From contig CAYLLO010000003.1 in assembly GCA_964384805.1 (NCBI GenBank), positions 554 to 64,553 on the forward strand: a stretch of 64,000 bases of DNA. The letters are read 5' to 3'. Positions 30,986-40,215 of the stretch are shown piece after piece (position 1 is the first letter of the stretch; each line of letters begins with the position of its first letter). This stretch comes from an uncultured Staphylococcaceae bacterium (lineage in GTDB: Bacteria; Bacillota_I; Bacilli_A; ML615J-28; CAG-313). The translations under genes were made by a program, and so were the position numbers. The notes under the pieces are model-generated. The model ran no database searches. It saw nothing but the letters and a program-made list of their open reading frames with translations, and was not told where the DNA came from.

Positions 30986-31183
30986 TCAAAGATTTTCTCT
31001 TTGATTTTTCTTATTATAATCATCTTCGACATGTTGTGAATACTCTTGCTGCAAATAATCATATCTTTCTCTAGCATCAACATAAGTCGCAAGCTCTACA
31101 TCATTGATTAAATCTCGATTGGTAATCAGCAATGCTTCGTTATTTAACTTACTTTTTCTTCTATCCAAATAAATCACTCCCAT
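30986..31183 (-). CDS. Small hypothetical protein (65 aa)
   Basis: ORF only. Charged and low-complexity. Weak. Confidence 0.25.
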   Translation of the reverse strand: MGVIYLDRRKSKLNNEALLITNRDLINDVELATYVDARERYDYLQQEYSQHVEDDYNKKNQRENL

Positions 31184-31214
31184 AATAGTATTTACATTAT
31201 GAGATTAAATATGA

Positions 31215-31733
31215 TTATTTCAATAACCAATCTTTACCTTTTAAAGTTTCAGGTTCATAACGTGATAAATCATTATAGTCTTGTTGTCTTAGAGCTTCAA
31301 ATATTACAACTGCAGCAACATTACTAATATTTAATGAACGAATTTTATCATTAGTCGGTATTCTAATACAATCATCTAAATATGTTCTTAGAATTTCTTT
31401 AGGAATACCAGTTGATTCTTTTCCTATAATAAAGTAATATGTTTCATTAGGATCATTTAGTTTTAATTCATGAGGAGTTTTCATTCCATATCTCGTCAAA
31501 AAATACATTTTTCCATGATTTTTACTTTTAAAATCTTCCCAATTTTCATACACTTCAAAATCAACATTATCAAAGTAATTAACAGCACTTCGATGTAAAT
31601 GAGCATCCTCTAACTTAAAACCTAAAGGTTTAATAAAATGTAACTTAGTATCCGTACCTGCACAAGTACGCATTATATTACCCGAATTTTGAGGTATTTC
31701 TGGTTCGTATAAAACAATATTATTTTTGGCCAT
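31215..31733 (-). CDS. trmL: tRNA (cytidine/uridine-2'-O)-methyltransferase TrmL (SPOUT family)
   Basis: LYEPEIPQNSGNIMRTCAGTDTKLHFIKPLGF. SPOUT knot motifs. About 170 aa. Confidence 0.8.
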   Translation of the reverse strand: MAKNNIVLYEPEIPQNSGNIMRTCAGTDTKLHFIKPLGFKLEDAHLHRSAVNYFDNVDFEVYENWEDFKSKNHGKMYFLTRYGMKTPHELKLNDPNETYYFIIGKESTGIPKEILRTYLDDCIRIPTNDKIRSLNISNVAAVVIFEALRQQDYNDLSRYEPETLKGKDWLLK

Positions 31734-31744
31734 ATTATCACCTT

Positions 31745-33202
31745 CTATGTTAATTTAGCTAATCTTTTTTTCATCGAACTTACACGTGGTAAAAAATCGA
31801 CAAATTGATATAAAATAGTTCCCAAAATACAAGCTCCAAAATTACTAATAACCATACAGAGCCATAAAGACTGAGTACCTACTTCAAAAACATTGAGCAT
31901 CAAAAGTAAAATTGGTACTCTTAAAACCCAAAGTCTAATAGTTGATAAAAATAATGAAAAATCTGTTCTTCCTGCTCCTTGAAAACAACCATTAAAGCAC
32001 TGAAAAATGCTCATTAAAGGAAGCCCCAGTAACAAATAAAATAAATACTTAACACATAAATCAATGTCTTGTTGTTGAATAAGAAAAATTCCAGCAAGTT
32101 GTGGTCTAAATGGCAACAATATTAAGCCTCCAATTACTCCAATTCCTAATGATAACGCCATTGCTAGATTAAAAGATTTTTTAGCTCTTGAAATATTACC
32201 AGAACCAATATTTTGTCCTACAAAGGTTGCCAGAACTGAACTTACTCCCATTGCTGGAAATAGTAACATTGAGTTTATTCGATTGCCAATTGTAATCGCA
32301 CTCAATATCGAATCATCATAACCAGCAATAACAGAATTAATAATAGCAAAACCTAAAGAAGTAAATGCTTGACTAATAGCTGATGGCCATGCAAGTTTAA
32401 AAATTTGAATTATTTTATTAGTATCTATTTTTAAAGCCTTAAAAGTTAACTTCATTTCTTTACTTTTAAACATGTGAATTAGAACAATTGGTACTAAGAT
32501 CATATTGGATATAACTGTTGCATATGCAGCTCCACTAAGATCCATTTTAAGACTCAAAACAAAAAAACATGTTATTACAATATTTAAAATAATCGATAAA
32601 ATACTCCAAATAACTGGCATAATTGTATCACCAATTGATTGTCGTGTTGCTTGATAAGCAAAAAAGATAAATAACCCTGTCATTTCAAAAGAACGAATAC
32701 GTAAATATCTTAAGGAATATTCATACAAATTTGCTTCTGCATTCATTAATTGTAGAATAGTAGGGCATAAAAAATACAATAATATATTAAATACAATTCC
32801 AATTATTCCACAAATAATTAACAATTGTCCGCTAATTATTGACGCATCTTCTTTTTTCTTTGCTCCTATATATTGACTCATTAGAGCTGTTCCAGCAATC
32901 ATTACTCCCATTGCTAAAGCTTGAAAAATTGAGATTACTGGACCTACAAAACCAATTGCCGCTATCTGATTACTAACAATATCGGCGGGTGCATCCATTT
33001 TACCTACCACTAACATATCAACTACATCATGAAACGCTTTAACAATATTATTAAACATAATTGGTAAAGATAGTAAAAAAATCCCTTTCAAAATGTTTTT
33101 ATCATACAATATTCTTTGTTGCTTGACATCAACTTCATTTATAATTGTCATAGTTTTTTTCCTCATTATCATTATTATACACCAAAAACACCAATAATAC
33201 AA
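31745..33202 (-). CDS. MATE-family multidrug/oligosaccharidyl-lipid efflux transporter
   Basis: 12 TM helices with a duplicated MATE pattern. Real start probably the internal MTIINEV. Confidence 0.8.
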   Translation of the reverse strand: MYYWCFWCIIMIMRKKTMTIINEVDVKQQRILYDKNILKGIFLLSLPIMFNNIVKAFHDVVDMLVVGKMDAPADIVSNQIAAIGFVGPVISIFQALAMGVMIAGTALMSQYIGAKKKEDASIISGQLLIICGIIGIVFNILLYFLCPTILQLMNAEANLYEYSLRYLRIRSFEMTGLFIFFAYQATRQSIGDTIMPVIWSILSIILNIVITCFFVLSLKMDLSGAAYATVISNMILVPIVLIHMFKSKEMKLTFKALKIDTNKIIQIFKLAWPSAISQAFTSLGFAIINSVIAGYDDSILSAITIGNRINSMLLFPAMGVSSVLATFVGQNIGSGNISRAKKSFNLAMALSLGIGVIGGLILLPFRPQLAGIFLIQQQDIDLCVKYLFYLLLGLPLMSIFQCFNGCFQGAGRTDFSLFLSTIRLWVLRVPILLLMLNVFEVGTQSLWLCMVISNFGACILGTILYQFVDFLPRVSSMKKRLAKLT

Positions 33203-33247
33203 AATTTTTGTTTTACTTGAACAAAAGAAAAATATTTAATTTCACTT

Positions 33248-34711
33248 TTATTCTTTAGGATTCCATTTTTGATTATTATCAGTTACTTTTTCAATAACTT
33301 CAATCATTAAATCACGATATAATTTGTTACTATTAGTAATATCAATTCCTTTTAAAAACGGATATTCAGCTTTATCAAAAACATAATCAATAGTCGCTAC
33401 ATTATAGTATTGATTATCAAATAAAGTTTTCCCATTAATAATAACTTCATTACCACTTCTAATAAATGATTCACTAGCAACTAAACCGCTATTTTCCAAC
33501 AACTTCTTAATATCAGAACCTAATAACTTACAAGTTTTAATTAAATTATCAAAAGGCATTATTTGATATATTTTTGCAATTGTAATATCTTGATTAGCAT
33601 AAATCGGAAAGGCATCGGCTCTAATACCTCCAGAATTAGCAAAGGCTATATCAACATTTAATTCTTTTTGTAAAATATTTGGTCCCCATTGTCTAACATC
33701 ATAAACCGTAATTTTTGTTTCTGATGTACCAATAACTTTATTAAAAAAAGGTGCAGTTTCTTTTTCTAATCTTTTTACGTATTTATTTAATGAATTATTT
33801 TGCGGCTTACTACTTGTCATCTCTATTGTTAAGACACTTGGATTACTCAAAGTTTTATTTTCCTGATTTACTTCAAAGTTAATTATTCCCACATACTCCC
33901 CTGATGACCCAGCTTGAACAACTGGCACTTTTCGACCATCTATAGTTGTAATCATTGAGGTATTATTTTCATGAAGATGTCCATTAATAATAGCATCAAT
34001 TTGCTCATCACCAGTCAAAGCTGCTAAAGATGAGTTAGTCGCATCTGTTCCATCATGTCCCAAAGCAATAACAACATCACAATCTTTTTCATTACGTAAC
34101 ATCGAGGCATAATCAGCAATTATATCAACAGGCATCAAAAATTTATAATCTTCTATCATTTGTGTTGCTATATCACTTTCTAAACCATATCCGATATATC
34201 CAATAATACCGATTATTAGTCCTCCTCGTTCAATAATAGTATACGGCTCAACATAATCAGGCAAATCGTTTCTACTTTTTTGAATAATATTAGCACCTAA
34301 AAAAGGAAAATCAGCTTCTCCATTTTTTATATTACCATCTCGATAAGCCAAAATTGTATCTAAAGACCAATCAAATTCATGATTTCCAATTGTCATAGCA
34401 TCAAACTTAATCATATTCATCAATTCAACAACACTTTTTCCTTGGTTATAGTATGATAATCCCGTCCCTTGAAACATATCACCTGCAGACAATAAAATTG
34501 TTTCATTGGGCGATTTTTCTTTGGCTTTTATCATATATTCACCGAATCTCGCAATACCATATGCCCCATCTGTTTCAGATATTGCTCCATGGAAATCATT
34601 AATTGTATAAATTGTTAATTTAGTAGCAGGCATCTGACTTTTGTCATTACAGCTACTAAATGTAAAAACCAAGAATAGTCCTAAAATAATTTTTAAATAT
34701 TTTTTAATCAT
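33248..34711 (-). CDS. Bifunctional metallophosphatase/5'-nucleotidase lipoprotein
   Basis: Lipobox FSSC. Calcineurin-like motifs (YTINDFHGA, GDMFQG, GNHEFD). C-terminal 5'-nucleotidase substrate domain. Confidence 0.8.
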   Translation of the reverse strand: MIKKYLKIILGLFLVFTFSSCNDKSQMPATKLTIYTINDFHGAISETDGAYGIARFGEYMIKAKEKSPNETILLSAGDMFQGTGLSYYNQGKSVVELMNMIKFDAMTIGNHEFDWSLDTILAYRDGNIKNGEADFPFLGANIIQKSRNDLPDYVEPYTIIERGGLIIGIIGYIGYGLESDIATQMIEDYKFLMPVDIIADYASMLRNEKDCDVVIALGHDGTDATNSSLAALTGDEQIDAIINGHLHENNTSMITTIDGRKVPVVQAGSSGEYVGIINFEVNQENKTLSNPSVLTIEMTSSKPQNNSLNKYVKRLEKETAPFFNKVIGTSETKITVYDVRQWGPNILQKELNVDIAFANSGGIRADAFPIYANQDITIAKIYQIMPFDNLIKTCKLLGSDIKKLLENSGLVASESFIRSGNEVIINGKTLFDNQYYNVATIDYVFDKAEYPFLKGIDITNSNKLYRDLMIEVIEKVTDNNQKWNPKE

Positions 34712-35022
34712 TTTCTAGTAATGTAGACCCCTTATGTCTACATATCTCCTTTCAATTTTCTAAAATATCATAACACATAAATACAAGTTAAAATATATAA
34801 TGTGTTAACTACTTTTAAAATCATTAACCTATAATTTTATTTATTATAAAAAGATTAATATAGTTCTTTTATGTTTTCTTCTTATAAAAACTCAATAGTA
34901 GTTTCTTTTCTCATATTCACAATTATGATACACTTCAAACTAATATATCCGTAATTTATTATAACATTTTTCAGTTAGTTTTCATCAAATAATACCCTAC
35001 TATTTTTGTTATTATTAATTAC

Positions 35023-35051
35023 TTGCATTTTTCAGTTAATTACGATATAAT
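35023..35051 (+). promoter_or_regulatory. Sigma-A type promoter for tRNA-Leu (TTGCAT-17-TATAAT)
   Basis: TTGCAT at 35023-35028, 17-nt spacer, TATAAT at 35046-35051, 10 nt before the tRNA. Confidence 0.55.
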
Positions 35052-35061
35052 TATAAAGCAT

Positions 35062-35147
35062 GCCAGTGTGGTGAAAAGGTAGACGCGCTAGACTCAAAAT
35101 CTGGTATCTGAAAGGATGTGTGGGTTCGAGTCCCACCACTGGCACCA
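35062..35147 (+). tRNA. tRNA-Leu (anticodon CAA), class II with long variable arm
   Basis: Acceptor GCCAGTG/CACTGGC, anticodon loop CTCAAAA, long variable arm, T-arm GTGGG-TTCGAGT-CCCAC, encoded CCA. Confidence 0.85.
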
Positions 35148-35155
35148 TTAAAAAT

Positions 35156-35205
35156 GACTAGTCTTGATACAACAAATAAAAGGTGTCAAGACTTTTTTTT
35201 ATACT
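35156..35205 (+). terminator. Rho-independent terminator after tRNA-Leu
   Basis: AGTCTTGA...TGTCAAGACT followed by TTTTTTTT. Confidence 0.7.
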
Positions 35206-35317
35206 TTTTCAGAGGTTTTAAGGCTAAAATAGGCATATTTCAAGTGAATTTCAATCAGATTTGAATATATTTTTGGGCGGTTATATTAATGATTTCGACT
35301 TTGTCGGAGAAAAAGAA

Positions 35318-35372
35318 TTGATTTTTTTAATAATTTGTGGTATATTTTAATTAACCCCCATAGGGGGATAAG
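35318..35372 (+). promoter_or_regulatory. Promoter (TTGATT-17-TATATT) with overlapping CsoR-family type operator AACCCCCATAGGGGGAT
   Basis: G/C-tract pseudo-palindrome CCCCC-ATA-GGGGG at 35355-35367, immediately downstream of the -10 box. CsoR/RcnR operators are C-tract/G-tract palindromes of this form. Confidence 0.5.
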
Positions 35373-35385
35373 TCGAGGTGATAAT

Positions 35386-35661
35386 ATGAATGAACATAAA
35401 CACTATCATGAAAATACAAAAGCAGTATTAAACAGAACGGCTCGTGCTATAGGGCATTTTCAATCTGTAAAAAAAATGATTGAAGATGGTAGAGATTGTA
35501 GCGACATCTTAATTCAATTATCTGCAGTTAAAGCAGAAATAGAGAGTATAAGTAAGGTTATATTAAAAGACCACATTGATCATTGTTTGGTCGATGCGGT
35601 AAAAGAAAATGATGAAGAATTAATTGAAAAGTTGAAAGGAGTTATTGACAAGCTTATATGA
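35386..35661 (+). CDS. CsoR/RcnR/FrmR-family (DUF156) metal- or stress-sensing transcriptional repressor
   Basis: 91 aa from MNEHKHYHEN. Core LNRTARAIGHFQSVKKMIEDGRDCSDILIQLSAVKAE...DHIDHCL with Cys38/His63/Cys67 at CsoR spacing. His-rich N-terminus (H4, H6, H8). RBS GAGGTG. Confidence 0.75.
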   Translation: MNEHKHYHENTKAVLNRTARAIGHFQSVKKMIEDGRDCSDILIQLSAVKAEIESISKVILKDHIDHCLVDAVKENDEELIEKLKGVIDKLI

Positions 35662-36575
35662 AACGAAAAATAAATAAGGGAGTTTTTCTTGCTATCTTGG
35701 CAGCCACTTTATATGCAATTAACTCTCCACTTTCTAAAATATTATTGGATTATATGCCATCAACTCTTATGGCGGGATTTCTTTACGTTGGTGCAGGTCT
35801 AGGTATGCTTATAATAGCGGGAATAAGAAAAATACGTCATATCGAAGTAACCGAGGCACACTTAACAAAAAAAGAATTGCCGTTTACTATTGCAATGATA
35901 TTATTAGATATTGCCGCACCTATCTGTTTATTGCTTGGATTAAAGTCAACTTCATCTGCAAATGCATCATTGCTTAACAATTTTGAAATAGTTGCAACAG
36001 CTATAATAGCACTTATGATATTCAAAGAAAAAATAAGTCCACGTTTATGGATAGGTATTGGTTTTGTTACGCTTTCTTGTTTATTGCTATCCGTTGAAGA
36101 TTTTTCAAGTTTTCAATTTTCTTACGGCTCACTGTTTATAATTCTTGCTTGTGTTTGTTGGGGATTTGAAAACAACTGTACTAAAAAAATCTCCTCAAAA
36201 GACCCGTTGCAAATTGTTTTGCTAAAAGGAATATTTTCAGGATTGGGTTCAATAATTATAGGGTTGTGTATTGGTGAAAGAGTAACTGTTTTGTGGAGTG
36301 TTTTTGCTGTATTGATTGTAGGTTTTGTTGCGTATGGATTAAGTATTTTCTTTTATGTTTACGCACAAAGATTATTAGGTGCTGCAAGAACAAGTGCCTA
36401 TTATGCAATAGCACCATTTATTGGCACAATCTTGTCGCTTATAATTTTTAAAGAGATTCCACACTATACTTATTTTATTGCACTTGGATTAATGATTGTC
36501 GGTGCTTGGCTATGTTCAAAAGATGAACCTATACTAAAAAGGAATAGAAAAGAAATCGATGAAGATAAAAAATGA
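35658..36575 (+). CDS. DMT-superfamily (EamA-like) transporter
   Basis: 10 TM helices in two EamA repeats. Overlaps the repressor stop by 4 nt, so operonic. Confidence 0.75.
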   Translation: MKRKINKGVFLAILAATLYAINSPLSKILLDYMPSTLMAGFLYVGAGLGMLIIAGIRKIRHIEVTEAHLTKKELPFTIAMILLDIAAPICLLLGLKSTSSANASLLNNFEIVATAIIALMIFKEKISPRLWIGIGFVTLSCLLLSVEDFSSFQFSYGSLFIILACVCWGFENNCTKKISSKDPLQIVLLKGIFSGLGSIIIGLCIGERVTVLWSVFAVLIVGFVAYGLSIFFYVYAQRLLGAARTSAYYAIAPFIGTILSLIIFKEIPHYTYFIALGLMIVGAWLCSKDEPILKRNRKEIDEDKK

Positions 36576-36577
36576 CA

Positions 36578-36660
36578 GGGGTGTCGAAGTAATCGTTCTA
36601 ACACTTAGGGGTGTCGCTTTTTTTGCCTTGGGGTGTCGGAATTTTCAGGTAGGGGTGTCG
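36578..36660. repeat. Four direct copies of GGGGTGTCG (spacing 30/22/22 bp), plus inverted TTCGACA at 36676-36682
   Basis: Exact 9-mer at 36578, 36608, 36630 and 36652. The first copy reads TGTCGAA and 36676 reads TTCGACA, both Spo0A-box consensus. The others are TGTCG(C/G/T)N. Confidence 0.8.
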
Positions 36661-36987
36661 TTTGTATCAAAATAGTTCGACAAACACATAAGAAAAGTAT
36701 GGCTTTGATACGAAAAGTGTCAAAGCTATTTTTATTATTAAATGCAAGAAATTAGTCTTGTGAAGTACCATTTGGGGTTTTTCTAAGACTTTTTTACATA
36801 GTACTGCGGAATGTTAGACTCGTCAATAGAACTAAAGGTGATATAGGTGATGAAAGAGTAACTGACTAAATAGTCGCCAAAATTTAAAAATATTGATTTT
36901 TTTAGATACACTAGTGGAAAAGTATATTTAAAAAGTATTAAATAGAAATATCATAAATAAACTGATAAGAAAGAAAAATTAATTGAA

Positions 36988-37239
36988 ATGATTATCAAAT
37001 ACAAAAAAGTTAATAAAAAATGTGACGATATAAGAAGAAAAAATATTTTGATTAACGAAATCGTTAATTCTTTTATCTTAGATCCTATTACTCATAAAAG
37101 ATTATCTAATGGTTTTATTGAAGGTAAAAACAACTTCTGTAAAACTATTAAGAGAATTGGATTTGGTTATTCTGATTTTGATGTGTTTAGATATAAGATT
37201 ATAACTACTAATAAAAAAGCTAAACAAATTAAAAAATAA
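36988..37239 (+). pseudogene. ISL3-family transposase, C-terminal fragment only (remnant)
   Basis: RLSNGFIEGKNNFCKTIKRIGFGYSDFDVFRYKII matches the conserved ISL3 transposase C-terminus (..N..EG.NNKIK.IKR..YG(Y/F)RNF.NFR.RI). No upstream DDE region or inverted repeats. Confidence 0.55.
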
Positions 37240-37324
37240 AACATTTTAAATCATTAAATTCATATGTATTGATAAAAAATGCTATCCTGTTAGCTCGGCG
37301 GTCGTAAGACTGTTAAATAGGTAA

Positions 37325-37352
37325 AAGGCGTGACCTTCGTGGTCACGTCTTT
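37325..37352. terminator. Bidirectional GC-rich hairpin terminator
   Basis: AAAAGG-CGTGACC-TTCGT-GGTCACG-TCTTTT, with A-run and T-run on either side. Nested inside the longer inverted repeat GCTATCCT...AGGATAGC (37281-37369). Confidence 0.6.
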
Positions 37353-37549
37353 TGCCTTAAGAGGATAGCCCAAAGTGGCGCAAGGGGGTGCAGTCCCGTG
37401 TTCGGAATGCAGTGATGCAAACAACCCGGACTTTCGGAATTCCGGGCCTGGTCTCGCAGAGTGCACGGATACATATAGTCGGCAGACCATGTATAGAAGT
37501 GCGCCCTTGCTTTGCGGCGGGATTTTCAATTCCACGATAGGCTGGAATT

Positions 37550-38065
37550 TTAATCTACTTCCATAGCACAGAAAAAATAGTCCAACGTCTGCACCAGCCT
37601 ATTGTCCTCATATAGCTTTCTAATTTCGGAAACCGTCATCCATCTACAGTCTGAAACTTCATCTGTTGTTGCATCGTCCAAATGCAGGTCACCATCGTAT
37701 TCAAAAAGCCATACATCCACAATATCATTAAAAGTGCTTCGGATTTTAGTAAAAAGGATTTTTCCAGTTTCGGGTTCTAAATCCAATCCCACCTCTTCTT
37801 TTACTTCTCTAAGCGCTCCATCAATACTGCTTTCCCCCATTAAAATAGAGCCTCCAACACATTCCCACATAAGTGGAAATGTTGGTCTGTTAGCTGAACG
37901 CTGAGAAATGAGGTATTCCCCTTTGCAGTTGCGTATCCATATATGCACCACCAAATGATAGAAACCTTCCGGAATTTTTTCTCCTCGAATATGCTCCCTG
38001 CCTGTCTTTTCCTTATATTTTGTATATAAATCCCACTTTTCCATGTTTTCTCTGTCATCCTCCAA
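37550..38065 (-). CDS. NUDIX hydrolase
   Basis: NUDIX box GESSIDGALREVKEEVGLDL (G.5E.7REV.EE.G). Local GC content clearly above the window average. Confidence 0.8.
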   Translation of the reverse strand: MEDDRENMEKWDLYTKYKEKTGREHIRGEKIPEGFYHLVVHIWIRNCKGEYLISQRSANRPTFPLMWECVGGSILMGESSIDGALREVKEEVGLDLEPETGKILFTKIRSTFNDIVDVWLFEYDGDLHLDDATTDEVSDCRWMTVSEIRKLYEDNRLVQTLDYFFCAMEVD

Positions 38066-38371
38066 ATCTTATACATGAAAAATATAACACAGCAACAAAA
38101 CCAAGTCAACCAGCCGGAAATGAACATTTCTTAGCTGTGACATTAACTGTCTTATGAACACCGCACTTTTGGACAGCATTTTTTTGTAAATTATTTTGTG
38201 GTTGTTAATAAAATCTTTTATGATAATTTGTTTTATTTTATCCCAATACCTCAAAGAATTTTATTGAACATTTTTTCGATAACTTATAAATTTTTTTACT
38301 TAAAATGTTAATTTTATCACAAGATTTTACAGAACCTCATTGTTTTATCTTAAATTCAAGTAATTTTATTC

Positions 38372-39283
38372 TTATTTATCTAAAAAACCTTTTTTTATCT
38401 GTTCTAGTGTTTGATAAAAAATATCTGGAGCATCATGTGAAAATTCCATATATTCATTCGTTCTAGGATGTATAAATCCTAGTGTTTTAGCATGAAGAAA
38501 TTGCCCAGTATCTCCATACACTTTCCTTGGACCATATAATGGATCACCTAATACTGGATAACCAATATATGACATATGAACTCTAATTTGATGAGTACGA
38601 CCAGTTTCTAAAGTGCATTCAATAAGAGTAAATTTTTTGAATCTTTCTAATACTTTAAAGTGCGTGATAGCAGGTTTTCCACCACTCGTAACAGCCATTT
38701 TTTGACGATTAGATTCATCTCTTCCAATTGGTGCATTTATTTTTCCTAAATTATGTGGTATTTGTCCATACACAATGGCAATATATTTTCTGATAGTGGT
38801 TTTATCTTTTAATTGTTTACTTAAAGATTTGTGAGACAAATCATTTTTACATGCAACAAGCAAACCTGATGTATCCTTGTCAATACGATGGACAATTCCT
38901 GCTCTAATTACTCCATTAATACCCGATAAATCCTCACAATGATGCATTAAAGCATTAACAAGAGTTCCTTGATAATGTCCAAAAGCAGGATGAACTACCA
39001 TTCCACTAGGTTTATTAACAACAATAACATCACTATCTTCATACACTATATCTAAAGGAATATCTTCTTTTTCAACTTCTAATGATTCAAGTTCACGAGG
39101 TTGAATAACAATATAATCATCCTCATTTAACATATAACTAGGTTTAACAATTTTACCATTAACAGTTATTTTACCATCGTTGAAATAATTTTTTAATTCA
39201 CTTCTTGTAATATTTTCAATAGTTTTGGCTAAGTATTTATCAATTCGCTCTCTGACACCTAAAAAATTAATTTCCTTCTGCAT
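38372..39283 (-). CDS. rluD: 23S rRNA pseudouridine synthase RluD (S4 domain + RluA catalytic domain)
   Basis: N-terminal S4 RNA-binding domain. HRIDKDTSGLLVACK and GRTHQIRVHMSYIGYPVLGD. lspA-rluD synteny. Confidence 0.85.
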   Translation of the reverse strand: MQKEINFLGVRERIDKYLAKTIENITRSELKNYFNDGKITVNGKIVKPSYMLNEDDYIVIQPRELESLEVEKEDIPLDIVYEDSDVIVVNKPSGMVVHPAFGHYQGTLVNALMHHCEDLSGINGVIRAGIVHRIDKDTSGLLVACKNDLSHKSLSKQLKDKTTIRKYIAIVYGQIPHNLGKINAPIGRDESNRQKMAVTSGGKPAITHFKVLERFKKFTLIECTLETGRTHQIRVHMSYIGYPVLGDPLYGPRKVYGDTGQFLHAKTLGFIHPRTNEYMEFSHDAPDIFYQTLEQIKKGFLDK

Positions 39284-39797
39284 CTTCTACTTCTCCTTTT
39301 TCTTTTTTTCTAAATAGTACTAAAGGATCTTTATGTTCAAAGAAAATTACATACACACACAAAATAATCATTCCAATTGTTAAACAGATATCAGCAAAAT
39401 TGAATACTGCAAAATCTACAAATAAGAAATTAATAAAATCAACTACTCCTTTTTTGAGACCAAATACCATTAATAATCGATCAATAAAATTACCCCATGT
39501 TCCTGCATATATCATTATCAAAGCAATCGTATAAAGAGGTCTTCTTTTAAAAGATGATTCTTTGAAAAAATACGTCATACCTACTACTCCTAAAATACTA
39601 ATAATTAATGGAAAGTAAGGAAAATTAGAAAAGATACTAAAAGCTGCTCCAGTATTATAACTAAAAGTAAGCTCAATAATATGATTAATAATTATAATAC
39701 TTTCATTTCCTAATAAATATGTCTCAGCTAAGAATTTGGTTAATTGATCAACACTTACCAACAATATCACTGATATAATACTTATAATAATTGTCAT
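39267..39797 (-). CDS. lspA: Lipoprotein signal peptidase II
   Basis: 4 TM helices. Conserved FNFADICLTIG and NTGAAFS motifs. Confidence 0.85.
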   Translation of the reverse strand: MTIIISIISVILLVSVDQLTKFLAETYLLGNESIIIINHIIELTFSYNTGAAFSIFSNFPYFPLIISILGVVGMTYFFKESSFKRRPLYTIALIMIYAGTWGNFIDRLLMVFGLKKGVVDFINFLFVDFAVFNFADICLTIGMIILCVYVIFFEHKDPLVLFRKKEKGEVEDAEGN

Positions 39798-39809
39798 AAA
39801 TTCTCCTTT

Positions 39810-40208
39810 CTATATCGCCATTTTACAAATAATAAAATCAATTATGATAGCTAAAAATAGTATCCATAAATTAAACAATTCATAAATAAAAATAGCTTTG
39901 GTGTCTAAAGATAAAATTTCATCTGTTTCTATATAATTTTTTAATAATACAACATTAAAAACCGTTGAAGAAGCATAAACTAAATCTAAGAAAATATATA
40001 CCAAAATCATTGTAACCCAAAACATCCATCTAATAGGCGAAAAAATTGTTAATAATGAAGCAATTATCATAATCAATGGAATACTAATTACTAAACAATA
40101 AATAATACTAAATACTAATGATTTAATAGAAATTTTTCGTGGAATTTCTATTGTAATTAAACGATTACTTTCAATTTTTCCTTTTTTGTACAACTCAATA
40201 AATTTCAT
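39810..40208 (-). CDS. Small membrane protein, function unknown
   Basis: 132 aa, 3 TM helices. Confidence 0.4.
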   Translation of the reverse strand: MKFIELYKKGKIESNRLITIEIPRKISIKSLVFSIIYCLVISIPLIMIIASLLTIFSPIRWMFWVTMILVYIFLDLVYASSTVFNVVLLKNYIETDEILSLDTKAIFIYELFNLWILFLAIIIDFIICKMAI

Positions 40209-40215
40209 AATTCAC

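Noticed and set aside
37500-37560. Group II intron 5' end (GTGCGCCC)
   Set aside because: No domain V consensus, no intron-encoded reverse transcriptase ORF, and the downstream sequence runs straight into the NUDIX gene on the opposite strand. Treated only as part of a GC-rich remnant.
37290-37566. ORFs 37290..37535 (-) and 37375..37566 (+) in the GC-rich segment
   Set aside because: They overlap each other on opposite strands and have Pro/Gly/Cys-rich, non-protein-like composition produced by GC-rich palindromic DNA. No start context.
37840-38254. ORFs 37840..38127 (-) and 38069..38254 (-)
   Set aside because: Out-of-frame overlaps with, or immediate upstream runs of, the NUDIX gene region. 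Cys/Phe-rich junk translation. No RBS.
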